From Candidatus Binatia bacterium (GTDB lineage: Bacteria > Desulfobacterota > Binatia > Bin18), in NCBI GenBank assembly GCA_963664395.2, contig OY761159.2, forward strand, positions 1,952,001-2,016,000: a stretch of 64,000 nucleotides of DNA, given 5' to 3'. Shown here one piece after another: positions 10,331-19,786 of the stretch (within the stretch, counting starts at the first letter, position 1; each line of letters opens with the position of its first letter). Under the pieces are notes generated by a model, which was not told the DNA's origin, made no database searches, and was given only the letters and a program-made list of their open reading frames with translations. The position numbers were made by a program, and so were the translations under genes.

Positions 10331-10921
10331 ATGAACAATAAAATTTTGCACATCCGTGACCGGCTCTCGAAGCATAGTCCGGCGCCGGTCGATATTGACC
10401 CACCTATGCGGGCGGCGGTCGCTCTGCTCCTGCAACCACGCCCTGATGATGTTTACGTTCTCTTCATCCACCGTGCGCACCATCCACACGATCCGTGGTC
10501 TGGACACATGGCCTTTCCTGGGGGCCGGCATGAACCGGAAGACCCCGATCTCCTTGTCACCATCCAACGCGAGACACACGAAGAGATTGGGATTAGTCTT
10601 GATGAGCATGGCGAATATCTTGGCCGTCTTGCCGAAGTGCAAGCCATGGCACGCGGAAAACAGACGGGTATGATTGTGTCCCCGTTTGTCTATCTCGTCT
10701 CTCAGGAAGCCCGCCCGGTCCCTGACCCGGTTGAAGTACAGGACATCATTTGGGTGCCGCTGTCGTTCATGCAACAAGACGGTGTGGAACAGATCGTCCA
10801 GCGCAATCTTCAGGCCGGATCGACCATTCAGGTCCCAGCCCTACTCTACGGCGGGAAAACCATCTGGGGCTTAACCTACCGTATGCTGCGGGACTTTTTG
10901 GAACTTATTAACGAGTCGTGA
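10331..10921 (+). CDS. Nudix hydrolase, CoA pyrophosphatase subfamily
   Basis: RAAVALLL, WSGHMAFPGG, Nudix box RETHEEIG, IWGLT. Confidence 0.9.
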   Translation: MNNKILHIRDRLSKHSPAPVDIDPPMRAAVALLLQPRPDDVYVLFIHRAHHPHDPWSGHMAFPGGRHEPEDPDLLVTIQRETHEEIGISLDEHGEYLGRLAEVQAMARGKQTGMIVSPFVYLVSQEARPVPDPVEVQDIIWVPLSFMQQDGVEQIVQRNLQAGSTIQVPALLYGGKTIWGLTYRMLRDFLELINES

Positions 10922-10935
10922 GGGGAGGAAGAGCG

Positions 10936-11259
10936 ATGCAGCGGAAAAAGGTTCCTGAAGAAGTAGAAGAGCCCCTTATCCCAAAACCTCCGGTCAGCCA
11001 TAAGCCGCATTTCGTCCGTTGCAACATTACCGGCCCGGATGGAAAAAAACGGGCTGGCTGGGAAATGTGGCTGGGTGAACACTGTTTTGGTCGTTCAGAT
11101 CAAAAAGAATCGCTGCTGCAAAGTCTTGAACGTCAACTCCAACCACCCCAGTCTTTCCATTGGCGAATAGTACACCGTCAGCGTTTCGAGCGTGCTCGCG
11201 CAGCACAACTGCAAGACGAGAGTGGTCAGCTGGAAGAAAGCGGGGGGGAGACACGCTAG
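10936..11259 (+). CDS. Hypothetical protein
   Basis: GGAGG SD, open frame directly after the Nudix gene; no recognised motif. Confidence 0.55.
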   Translation: MQRKKVPEEVEEPLIPKPPVSHKPHFVRCNITGPDGKKRAGWEMWLGEHCFGRSDQKESLLQSLERQLQPPQSFHWRIVHRQRFERARAAQLQDESGQLEESGGETR

Positions 11260-11265
11260 ACTGTC

Positions 11266-11390
11266 TCAGAGCACCCCGTGTAAAAAATCGTGGACTACGC
11301 TGATAAACCCGTCCGGATTATCGAGCATGACATGGTCGCTTCCCTGCGGTATCCCAACCGAGGTAATGTGGGCGTACAATGTGGGCGTAC
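11266..11390 (-). pseudogene. C-terminal relic resembling an alpha/beta hydrolase tail
   Basis: Reads ..ITSVGIPQGSDHVMLDNPDGFISVVHDFLHGVL*, similar to the His-loop tail of hydrolases; a 13-bp tandem duplication ATGTGGGCGTACA breaks the frame. Confidence 0.4.
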
Positions 11391-11451
11391 ATGGTTGATA
11401 GTGACAAAATGCGACTATGCGCTGGGACGACAGTGTAGGGGCGTAGCGTGG

Positions 11452-13734
11452 TTATGCGTCGTTCTTCTCCAGAATCGCCTTTGCCACTTTGGCTGGCGAC
11501 ATGGGCAGCTCGGTCATACGCACCCCGGTTGCCCGGTAAATGGCATTGGCAATCGCAGCCGGCGGCGGAATGATCGGCACCTCGCCGACTCCACGAATCC
11601 CGATGGGATGGCCGGGATTGGCCACCTCGACCAGAATGGTTTCGATCATGGGCAGGTCGAGACAGGTGGGCATGCGATAATCCAGAAAACCGGTATTCCG
11701 CATGGTCCCATCTTCAGCGTAGAAATACTCTTCATTGAGCGCCCAGCCGACACCTTGGGCCACGCCGCCCTGAATCTGACCCTCGACATAGCTGGGATGG
11801 ACGGCTTTCCCTACATCTTGAGCGGCAGTGTAACGAAGAATATCAACCTTGCCGGTCTCGGAATCGACTTCCACATCAACGACATGGGCGGCAAAGGCGG
11901 GCCCTACCCCGCGCGGACGGACGGACGCGCGGCCCATAACCGGACCACCCGCACGGGGGAGCTTTGGGGCGATATCTTTCAAGCCCATTGATTCGTGGCC
12001 ATTATTCGTACAGGAAAGCACACCATCCTGGTACACGACTTCTTCCGGCTTGACTTTCCAGACTGTGGCCGCCCGCTGCTTCAGTTGTCCGACCGCATCC
12101 TGGGCAGCTTCATACACGGCAAGACCGGTTGCAAAGGTCACCCGACTGCCGCCGGTCGTATCTGTATGGCCAATAGATTCCGTGTCTGCGACCACAGGGT
12201 GAATGTCTTCCGCCCTGAGGCCCAGCACCTCTGCTGCAATCATGGCGCACGAGGTACGGCTGCCACCGATATCAGGTGAGCCCGTCACCACATTGGCCGT
12301 CCCATCCGTGTTAATGCTCACGGTGGCACTCGACTGAAACGCGGCATTAAACCAAAAGCCGGTTGCAACCCCACGCCCCCGGAGTTTCCCGTTTTCACTC
12401 TGGGGCGGTGGCGATTGATAATGCGCGCTGTTTTGGATGGCCTCAACGGTTTCGAGATAGCCGATCCGTTTGAATTGAGGCCCTGCGGGTTGGGCCGTTC
12501 CTTCTTTGGCGCCGTTGATATGTCGCATTTCGAGCGGATCAAGCCCCAGCTTTTCTGCAATCTCGTCAAGAATCGTCTCGGCCGCCATAGCGGGGTTGGT
12601 GGCACCGGGAGCGCGGTAGGCACATGTCTTGGGTTTATTAAGCACAACATCATACCCGTCGATCTGGAAATTTTCCAAGTCATACGGAGCCAGGACAGTC
12701 ATACAACCAGCAGCAACCGGCGAACCAGGAAAGGCACCGGCTTCAAACAAGAGTTGGAGTTCAGCCGCCGTGATCTTGCCATCAATGTTGACACCAATCT
12801 TGGCTCGAATATGCGATCCTGGCGTAGGGCCTGTCGCTCGCAGAACCTCACTCCGAGACATGACCATTTTCACTGGCCGACCTGTTATTTTGGACAGCAG
12901 CAAGGCCAACGGTTCTAAATACACAGTGGTCTTCCCACCAAAGCCACCGCCGATCTCAGCCGGCACAACTTTGATATCACCTGGGTTCATGTGTAGCATC
13001 GTGCCGCACAACTCGCGCACCGCAAACGGTCCCTGGGTGCTGACCCAGACTGTTGCCTTGCCGTCCTGGTTGTACTGCGCAACCGCGTTATGCGGTTCAA
13101 TATAGCCCTGATGGACCATAGTGGTATCGAACTCGCGGGCGATCACCACCTCGGCCGCTGCAAACCCGGCGGCCAAATCGCCACGCGAGAACTGGATGTG
13201 ATTCGCAATATTCGTTTCTTTGTCATTTTCTTCATCGACTCCGGCGGTACGCAAATCAGGGTGGAGGATCACAGCGTCGTCGCTCATGGCCTCAAGCACG
13301 TTTTGGACAAAGGGTAGCGGTTCGTACTCCACTTTAATGAGCTTGAGCGCTTCCTCGGCAACGTGCGTACCGGTCGCCACGACTGCAGCCACAGCATGAC
13401 CGTCGTACAAGACTTTATCACGGGCCATAATGTTGGAAGCCAAGTGGCGCGGATTGACAAAATTCTCCCCGATTTGCAGCATCCCTGGCCCAATCTCAGG
13501 AAAGTCTGCTCCGGTAATGACCGCTTTGACACCTGGGAGGGCTTGAGCCTCGGAGGTATCGATTGATTTGATACGCGCATGGGGATGTGGGCTGCGTAAC
13601 ACTTTACCGTGCAGGAGACCCGGCAGGGTAATATCCGCTCCATAGCGGGCTCGTCCCGTGACTTTATCAACACCGTCGTGCCGAATGGGACGGGTACCGA
13701 TCACCTTGAATTGATGCTCGTGTTGCGCTTCCAT
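11452..13734 (-). CDS. Xanthine dehydrogenase-family molybdopterin-binding large subunit (copy 2)
   Basis: KVTGRARY, LRSPHPHA, HQGYIEPH, IGGGFGGK, AYRAPG, VEGQIQGG, RGVGE; GGAGG SD before MEAQHE. Confidence 0.92.
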   Translation of the reverse strand: MEAQHEHQFKVIGTRPIRHDGVDKVTGRARYGADITLPGLLHGKVLRSPHPHARIKSIDTSEAQALPGVKAVITGADFPEIGPGMLQIGENFVNPRHLASNIMARDKVLYDGHAVAAVVATGTHVAEEALKLIKVEYEPLPFVQNVLEAMSDDAVILHPDLRTAGVDEENDKETNIANHIQFSRGDLAAGFAAAEVVIAREFDTTMVHQGYIEPHNAVAQYNQDGKATVWVSTQGPFAVRELCGTMLHMNPGDIKVVPAEIGGGFGGKTTVYLEPLALLLSKITGRPVKMVMSRSEVLRATGPTPGSHIRAKIGVNIDGKITAAELQLLFEAGAFPGSPVAAGCMTVLAPYDLENFQIDGYDVVLNKPKTCAYRAPGATNPAMAAETILDEIAEKLGLDPLEMRHINGAKEGTAQPAGPQFKRIGYLETVEAIQNSAHYQSPPPQSENGKLRGRGVATGFWFNAAFQSSATVSINTDGTANVVTGSPDIGGSRTSCAMIAAEVLGLRAEDIHPVVADTESIGHTDTTGGSRVTFATGLAVYEAAQDAVGQLKQRAATVWKVKPEEVVYQDGVLSCTNNGHESMGLKDIAPKLPRAGGPVMGRASVRPRGVGPAFAAHVVDVEVDSETGKVDILRYTAAQDVGKAVHPSYVEGQIQGGVAQGVGWALNEEYFYAEDGTMRNTGFLDYRMPTCLDLPMIETILVEVANPGHPIGIRGVGEVPIIPPPAAIANAIYRATGVRMTELPMSPAKVAKAILEKNDA

Positions 13735-13809
13735 ATCCACCTCCCGTACACAAAAACGGGGAAGAGCAATAGACACCCTTCCCCGTTCAATAATTATATT
13801 AATAGCAGC

Positions 13810-14073
13810 TTACCCGCCTCCAATGGCGGGCACAAAATGGACTTCGCCTCCATCCGGCACAGATTCGGTTAACCCTCCCGTCCCAATTTCCCCATTGATC
13901 GAAACAGCAATGGAGCCGACCAAGTCACCATCCTCAACTACCCGGCTCCGAAAGCCGGGAAACTGGCGTTCAAGGTCTTCTAGTATTTCTCCGACCGTTT
14001 TTCCGGCGGCAATGGTGCGGTCTTTTCCGCCAGTTAATTTACGGAGTAGTGAGGGGATATAGACAGTTGTCAT
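13810..14073 (-). CDS. moaD: MoaD/ThiS-family sulfur carrier
   Basis: Ubiquitin-like size (87 aa), C-terminal PAIGGG. Confidence 0.85.
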   Translation of the reverse strand: MTTVYIPSLLRKLTGGKDRTIAAGKTVGEILEDLERQFPGFRSRVVEDGDLVGSIAVSINGEIGTGGLTESVPDGGEVHFVPAIGGG

Positions 14074-14083
14074 AGGACGCGAG

Positions 14084-14111
14084 ATGGGGGCAATTCAAAA
14101 ATTGCCCCCAT
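14084..14111. other. Perfect 12-bp intergenic stem-loop inside the xdh cluster
   Basis: ATGGGGGCAATT-caaa-AATTGCCCCCAT; no U-tract after the stem on the coding strand. Confidence 0.6.
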
Positions 14112-14117
14112 GGTCAT

Positions 14118-16388
14118 TTATCCGTTTTTCTCCATAATCGCCTTGGTCACGCGTGGGGGTGACATCGGCAGCTCCAACATCCGCACGCCGGTTGCGTTAT
14201 AAATCGCATTGGCGATGGCGGCCGGCGGAGGAACAATAGGCACTTCGCCCACACCACGCACGCCAACCGGATGACCTGGGTTCGGGACTTCAACCAGGAT
14301 GGTTTCAATCATCGGCAAATCAAGACAGGTCGGCATCCGATAATCCAGGAAGCCGGTGTTCTGCATGCGTCCGTCTTCGCCATAGACGTATTCTTCGTTC
14401 AGCGCCCAGCCGACCCCTTGGGCCACGCCACCCTGCATCTGACCTTCCACGTAGCTGGGATGGATAGCCCTCCCAACATCCTGGACAGCAGTGTAACGCA
14501 GCACATCAACCTTGCCGGTTTCTTCATCTACGGCCACGTCAACCAGATGCGTCGCAAAGCCTGGCCCCACACCGCGTGGGTTGACTGACGCCCGACCCGT
14601 GACCGGGCCACCGGTCCGTGGCAGCTTCCCGGCCAACTCTTTGAGGGTCAGAGATTCGTTGCCGTTCTCAGCACAGGTGAATACGCCATCTTGAAACGAG
14701 ACTTTATCCGTGTCGACCTTCCAGACTTTGGCAGCGCGCGCGCTGAGTTGAATGAGTACATCTTGAGCCGCTTCATATACGGCCGTCCCAGTGGCAAAGG
14801 TGACCCGGCTACCGCCGGTCATATCCGTATGGCCAATGGACTCGGTATCTGCCACAACCGGGTGGACTTCTTCTGCCGTCAGGCCGAGCACCTCCGCGGC
14901 GATCATGGCGCAGGAAGTCCGCGTGCCACCAATATCGGTCGAACCGGTCACCACATTGGCGGTGCCGTCGCTGTTAATGGCCACGGTCGCGCTGGACTGA
15001 AAACCGGCATTAAACCAGAAGCCCGAGGCCAGCCCACGACCAACCCGTCGCCCTTCGACTTGGGGCAGCTCGGACTTGAAGTGGTCGCTACTCTTGGTGG
15101 CTTCGAGGGTGTCCAGAAAGCCGATTTGGCCAAATTTCGGACCCGCAGGCTGCGCGGTGCCCTCCTTGGCCCCGTTAATGCGACGGAACTCCAGCGGGTC
15201 TATGCCGAGCTTTTCTGCGAGTTCATCAATCACCGTCTCTGAGCCCATGGCCGCATTAGTCGCGCCCGGAGCCCGATACGCCGCGGTCTTGGGCTTATTG
15301 ACCAGGACGTCATAGCCGTCAATTTTCAGATTATCGATGTCATACGGAGCAATAACGCACATACAGCCCGCGCCAACCGGGGAGCCGGGAAAGCCACCGG
15401 CTTCATATGCCATCCAGACTTCAGCCGCCGTGATCTTGCCGTCCTTGTCCGCTCCCATCTTCACCTTGATATGTGAGCCTGGGGTTGGCCCGGTGGCTTT
15501 GAGCACATCGGCTCGGCTCATAACCATTTTGACCGGCTTACCCGTATGCTTCGACAACAGCAGCGCAACGGGCTCGTAGTAAATGGGAATCTTGCCACCA
15601 AAACCACCACCGATTTCTGCCGGAATAACCTTGATCTTGCTCGGCGGCATGTCGAGCACAAAAGCCGTTTGATCCCGGGTCGTAAACGCGCCCTGGGTGC
15701 TCACCCAGATCGTACTTTGTCCGTCCGAACTGTACTGCGCCACGGCATTGTGCGGCTCGATATAGCCCTGGTGAACCATGGACGTGTCAAACTCGCGCTC
15801 AACGACCACTTCGGCGGCGGCAAAGCCAGCGGCAAGGTCACCGCGTTCGAACTGGATGTGGTTGGCGACATTCGTATCCGTTCTCTCTCCATCATCCCCC
15901 TTGCCTAAGCCAGGGATAAGGATAGGGGCGGTATCGTCCATAGCCTCAATAACGTTCTGCACGTGGGGCAAGACTTCATAGTCAACGGTAATCAGCTTTG
16001 CGGCTTCTTCAGCGATATGCGGACTGATGGCTGCGACTGCGGCCACAACATGGCCGTCATACAGCACCTTGTCCCGTGCCATGCAGTTCAAAGACTGATG
16101 TCGCGGGTTGATCGGCAGTTCGCCCATTGCCGCCATACCAGGCCCAATATCCGGGAAATCCTGAGCAGTGATAACAGACTTCACCCCAGGCAGAGCCTCG
16201 GCTGCTGACGTGTCGATCGATTTGATTCTGGCATGGGCGTGCGGGCTGCGCAGGGTCTTTCCATGCAATAGGCCAGCCAAGCTGATATCCGCTCCATACT
16301 GCGCCCGACCGGTGACTTTATCGACACCATCGTGCCGAATCGGCCGCGTCCCAATGACTTTGAATTTGTGTTCTTGTTGGGCTGCCAT
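14118..16388 (-). CDS. Xanthine dehydrogenase-family molybdopterin-binding large subunit (copy 1)
   Basis: Same motif set as 11452-13734; clear paralogue. Confidence 0.92.
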   Translation of the reverse strand: MAAQQEHKFKVIGTRPIRHDGVDKVTGRAQYGADISLAGLLHGKTLRSPHAHARIKSIDTSAAEALPGVKSVITAQDFPDIGPGMAAMGELPINPRHQSLNCMARDKVLYDGHVVAAVAAISPHIAEEAAKLITVDYEVLPHVQNVIEAMDDTAPILIPGLGKGDDGERTDTNVANHIQFERGDLAAGFAAAEVVVEREFDTSMVHQGYIEPHNAVAQYSSDGQSTIWVSTQGAFTTRDQTAFVLDMPPSKIKVIPAEIGGGFGGKIPIYYEPVALLLSKHTGKPVKMVMSRADVLKATGPTPGSHIKVKMGADKDGKITAAEVWMAYEAGGFPGSPVGAGCMCVIAPYDIDNLKIDGYDVLVNKPKTAAYRAPGATNAAMGSETVIDELAEKLGIDPLEFRRINGAKEGTAQPAGPKFGQIGFLDTLEATKSSDHFKSELPQVEGRRVGRGLASGFWFNAGFQSSATVAINSDGTANVVTGSTDIGGTRTSCAMIAAEVLGLTAEEVHPVVADTESIGHTDMTGGSRVTFATGTAVYEAAQDVLIQLSARAAKVWKVDTDKVSFQDGVFTCAENGNESLTLKELAGKLPRTGGPVTGRASVNPRGVGPGFATHLVDVAVDEETGKVDVLRYTAVQDVGRAIHPSYVEGQMQGGVAQGVGWALNEEYVYGEDGRMQNTGFLDYRMPTCLDLPMIETILVEVPNPGHPVGVRGVGEVPIVPPPAAIANAIYNATGVRMLELPMSPPRVTKAIMEKNG

Positions 16389-16390
16389 GT

Positions 16391-16867
16391 CTACCTCCCT
16401 TGCATTTCAGCTGCGGCGTCTTGCACCGCTCTCACGATCTTGTCATAGCCCGTGCAGCGGCAGAGATTGCCAGCCAAGGCGTAGCGGATTTCATGCTCCG
16501 TTGGGTTGGGGTTCCGGTCCAACAGCGCCTTGGACGTGACTAAAAAGCCGGGGGTGCAGATCCCGCACTGGAGCGCGGCGTGTTCCAGAAATTTCTTCTG
16601 GAGCGGATGCAGGGTATCCCCATCGGCCAAGCCTTCGACCGTAGTGATCTCTTTGCCTTCAGCCTCAACGCCAAGAACGAGACAGGAGTCAGTGGGGCGT
16701 CCATCCATAATCACGCTGCACGCACCGCAGTCGCCCGTCAGGCAGCCTTCTTTTGTGCCGGTATAGCCAACAACATCGCGCAGCACTTCAAGCAGGCTCT
16801 GGCGTGGTTCGCACAGGAACTCGGTCTCTTCACCATTGATTGTTGTTTGAATATGTACCTTCTTCAT
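16391..16867 (-). CDS. (2Fe-2S) small subunit, CoxS/XdhA-like
   Basis: GTKEGCLTGDCGACSV, QCGICTPG, GNLCRCTGY. Confidence 0.93.
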   Translation of the reverse strand: MKKVHIQTTINGEETEFLCEPRQSLLEVLRDVVGYTGTKEGCLTGDCGACSVIMDGRPTDSCLVLGVEAEGKEITTVEGLADGDTLHPLQKKFLEHAALQCGICTPGFLVTSKALLDRNPNPTEHEIRYALAGNLCRCTGYDKIVRAVQDAAAEMQGR

Positions 16868-16939
16868 GTATCTCCTGCCTTCCCTATCAAGATTATCAGA
16901 TTATCAGGATAATCCTGTCATCATTTAATCCTGATCAAC

Positions 16940-17809
16940 CTAGCGTGCCCGCGCCCGTGCGGCTGCTTCCTTCAAAGTGCGGCGCGTGAGAACGCCAACC
17001 AGATGCATGCGAAATTCTGCCGTGCCGCGCATATCACTAATGGGCGAGGCTACTTGTTGAGCGAGTTTTGCGGCGGCGTCGATAGCGGCATCATCCAGCG
17101 TTTTCCCCACTAGGGAATCGCCCGCTTCTTTGGCGAGAAGTGGCCGGGCGGCAACCGCCCCGAGACTAATACGGGCAGCAGTACAGGTATCGCCATCAAG
17201 GGCGACACACGAGCCTACGCCAACCACCGCAATATCCATCTCGTTCCGAGGGATAAAACGTTGGTAGCAGTCAGCCGCTTTCCCTTGCAACACGGGAATC
17301 CGGAATTCTACCAGCAATTCGTTGGGTGCCAGCACTGTTTGCCCGGGAGCAGTCACAAAATCTTCAACTGGAACGTCACGGGTGCCATTAGGTCCGACGA
17401 TATGACACACCGCCCCTAAAACGATCAGGGCTGGCGTCGTATCTGCGGCGGGTGAGCCATTACACACGTTTCCACCAACCGAGGCCCGCGAAAGGATCTG
17501 ATCAGAGCCGATCAGCCCGGCAGCCTCAACCAGCCCCGGATATTGCTGCTGTACGGTCGTGTCTTCAAGAACATGACAACACGCCAGTGCGGCTCCGAGC
17601 CGGAGCCCGTTTTGCGCATCAAAAGACAAGGTTTGGAGTTCTGGGATCTTTTTGGCGTCAATCACCTGTCCCGGTTGTCGTACACCGGCACGCATCTGGA
17701 TAATCAGATCCGTGCCTCCCGCTAGCATACGCCCATTTTCACCCGCTGCAGCCAAAACGTTAATGGCTTGGTCGAGCGAAGTCGGCGCTTCATAATTCAG
17801 TTCGTGCAA
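16940..17809 (-). CDS. FAD-binding medium subunit, CoxM/CutM-like
   Basis: LAGGTDL, RASVGGNVCNGSPAAD, PISDMRGTAEFR; TTG start behind AGGAGG. Confidence 0.92.
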   Translation of the reverse strand: MHELNYEAPTSLDQAINVLAAAGENGRMLAGGTDLIIQMRAGVRQPGQVIDAKKIPELQTLSFDAQNGLRLGAALACCHVLEDTTVQQQYPGLVEAAGLIGSDQILSRASVGGNVCNGSPAADTTPALIVLGAVCHIVGPNGTRDVPVEDFVTAPGQTVLAPNELLVEFRIPVLQGKAADCYQRFIPRNEMDIAVVGVGSCVALDGDTCTAARISLGAVAARPLLAKEAGDSLVGKTLDDAAIDAAAKLAQQVASPISDMRGTAEFRMHLVGVLTRRTLKEAAARARAR

Positions 17810-17925
17810 GGTCGCCTCCTTTTTCTATTTTGATTCGTATCACGTCGTCTTCCTACCTCTTCGTAGGCTCCTAGATTGCTATAGAAAAGCGCCGGGAAGT
17901 GCAAGGGTTCCCAGACGTTCTCGTA

Positions 17926-18525
17926 TTACATTTTTATTCTACCCACCCACTGCGCATACTCTTGGGGCGTATCAATATCGGCTCGAATACCAGGATCATC
18001 AAGCGCGATCTCACGCACCCGCTCCGGGTCTTTGCGGACAACCACCTTCGCCCCTTTATCCAGCGGAGCAGCCAGAATTTCTCCGTACACACGCCTGGAG
18101 AATAGCACCGGATGGCCCCGCCGGCCCTGGTAGGAGGCAATAATGATGGGCAATGGATCAGCCACAAACGACGCCAGAAGAACCTGTATGGTCTCAGGTT
18201 TTATAAGAGGATGGTCAACAAGGTTGACCACTGCGGCCTCACTCTCATGCGACAGCGCATGAATACCCACCATCAGAGAAGATAATTGGCCCAGTCGGTA
18301 ACGCGGATTCAACACGATCCGAAGGGCTGGATGCTTCGGTACAACCGCACGAATTTGCGCTTCATGCTCATGCGCTCCGAGCACAACGATGAGTTCATCG
18401 ACTCCGGCGGTCAAAAAGGCAGCGCAAATGTTTTCAATAAATGTGTGCCCCTGGTAGTCGAGCAGCGCTTTAGGCGACCCCATCCGCCGAGACTCACCCG
18501 CGGCCAGAACAATTCCAGAAATCAT
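17926..18525 (-). CDS. mocA: Molybdenum cofactor cytidylyltransferase (MocA-like)
   Basis: IVLAAGESRRMGSPKALL, GHPVLF, DIDTPQEY; xdh context. Confidence 0.85.
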   Translation of the reverse strand: MISGIVLAAGESRRMGSPKALLDYQGHTFIENICAAFLTAGVDELIVVLGAHEHEAQIRAVVPKHPALRIVLNPRYRLGQLSSLMVGIHALSHESEAAVVNLVDHPLIKPETIQVLLASFVADPLPIIIASYQGRRGHPVLFSRRVYGEILAAPLDKGAKVVVRKDPERVREIALDDPGIRADIDTPQEYAQWVGRIKM

Positions 18526-18555
18526 ACTGCGCGTTCGTTTACAGCAAGAGCGACG

Positions 18556-19725
18556 TTACGGAGTAAATTTGAGTGGTCCGCCGGGCCGTACTTTCGCGGC
18601 CAGCGAAAGCGTATCAGCCGGGCCTTTACGCCGGGCGCGAATAATCTCAGCAGCAATGGCGACGGCAATCTCCGCCGGCGTCTCTGCTGCAATATCAAGC
18701 CCCAGCGGTGTATGCACGCGTGCGACATCTTCTGGTTGATAGCCCTGTTCAACCAAGCGCTCAAGGGTCGTTTTTGAGCGGCGCCGACTCCCAATCATGC
18801 CAATATAAGCTGGATTCTTCTTGAGCGCCGTCTTAACCGCAGTTTCATCCCACACATGCCCGCGCGTGACCACCACGACAAAGGTCTGCTCGTTAATATT
18901 CAAGCTGTTCAGGACATCCTCGAATGGTCCAACTCGAATATCAGCGGCATTGGGGAACCGTTCTCGATTGGCAAAGGCCCACCGGTCATCCACCACAACG
19001 GTATGAAAGCCGAGCATTGCACCTATTTCGCACAGCGGCTGCGCAATATGGCCAGCGCCAACAATGAGCAAGGTCTGGACGCCCATCTGCACATCGACAA
19101 AAATACGCGGCCAATCCTCTTTGCGCACGACCGCGTCTTCCCGGACTTCACCCTGCGGTGACACGGCAAACAGTTGTGGCTTGCCGGAGGAGACTGATGA
19201 AGCAAGGGTTTTGAGCGTTTCTGCTGTTATTGAGACAGCCGGCGTCAGGGAGGTTCCATCTTTTCTCTCTTGGCCATCTTGGCCGAGAGAGAGACAGATC
19301 TTTGTGCCAGGTTGTATACCATTGACTGGACCGAGCGCCGTCACCAAGGCGGCGGGACGGCGAGCGCGCGTCGCCTCGACCAAAGTATGGGCTAATGCAC
19401 GGTGTTCGTCTGGCTGCCAGAGATCAAGCGCCACGTCCATCACACCCCCGCAGACCTGGATTTCGTCTTGATCAAAATCGCCAGTCAAGTCGACCTGGAC
19501 AATGCGCGGCGGTAGCTTTTGCTCCAGAACCGGATACGCCCGGCGCAGCACTTCACCTTCGCCACAGCCCCCGCCAATAGTGCCAAACGGCTGTCCCTCG
19601 GGTGGCACGACCATTTTCGCCCCGACCTCACGCGGGACAGAGCCACGCGTACGGATAATCGTCGCCAACACAAAAGGCTTGCCAGCCGCCAAAAGTTCTT
19701 CAGCACGTTCCCAGAGATCTTCCAC
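18556..19725 (-). CDS. xdhC: XdhC/CoxF molybdenum-hydroxylase maturation factor
   Basis: GSVPREVGAKM, GTIGGGCGE, CGG, VGAGHIA, YIGMIGSRRR, PLGLDI..TPAEIAVAI. Confidence 0.9.
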   Translation of the reverse strand: MEDLWERAEELLAAGKPFVLATIIRTRGSVPREVGAKMVVPPEGQPFGTIGGGCGEGEVLRRAYPVLEQKLPPRIVQVDLTGDFDQDEIQVCGGVMDVALDLWQPDEHRALAHTLVEATRARRPAALVTALGPVNGIQPGTKICLSLGQDGQERKDGTSLTPAVSITAETLKTLASSVSSGKPQLFAVSPQGEVREDAVVRKEDWPRIFVDVQMGVQTLLIVGAGHIAQPLCEIGAMLGFHTVVVDDRWAFANRERFPNAADIRVGPFEDVLNSLNINEQTFVVVVTRGHVWDETAVKTALKKNPAYIGMIGSRRRSKTTLERLVEQGYQPEDVARVHTPLGLDIAAETPAEIAVAIAAEIIRARRKGPADTLSLAAKVRPGGPLKFTP

Positions 19726-19786
19726 GGCACGAATCCTATCTGAACAGTTGGGGGGAAAGCAATGGAATGCTGTACCTTTTGCGAGA

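Noticed and set aside
11452-17809. Aerobic CO dehydrogenase (coxMSL) call
   Set aside because: The active-site loop is AYRAPG, not AYxCSFR or AYxGAGR
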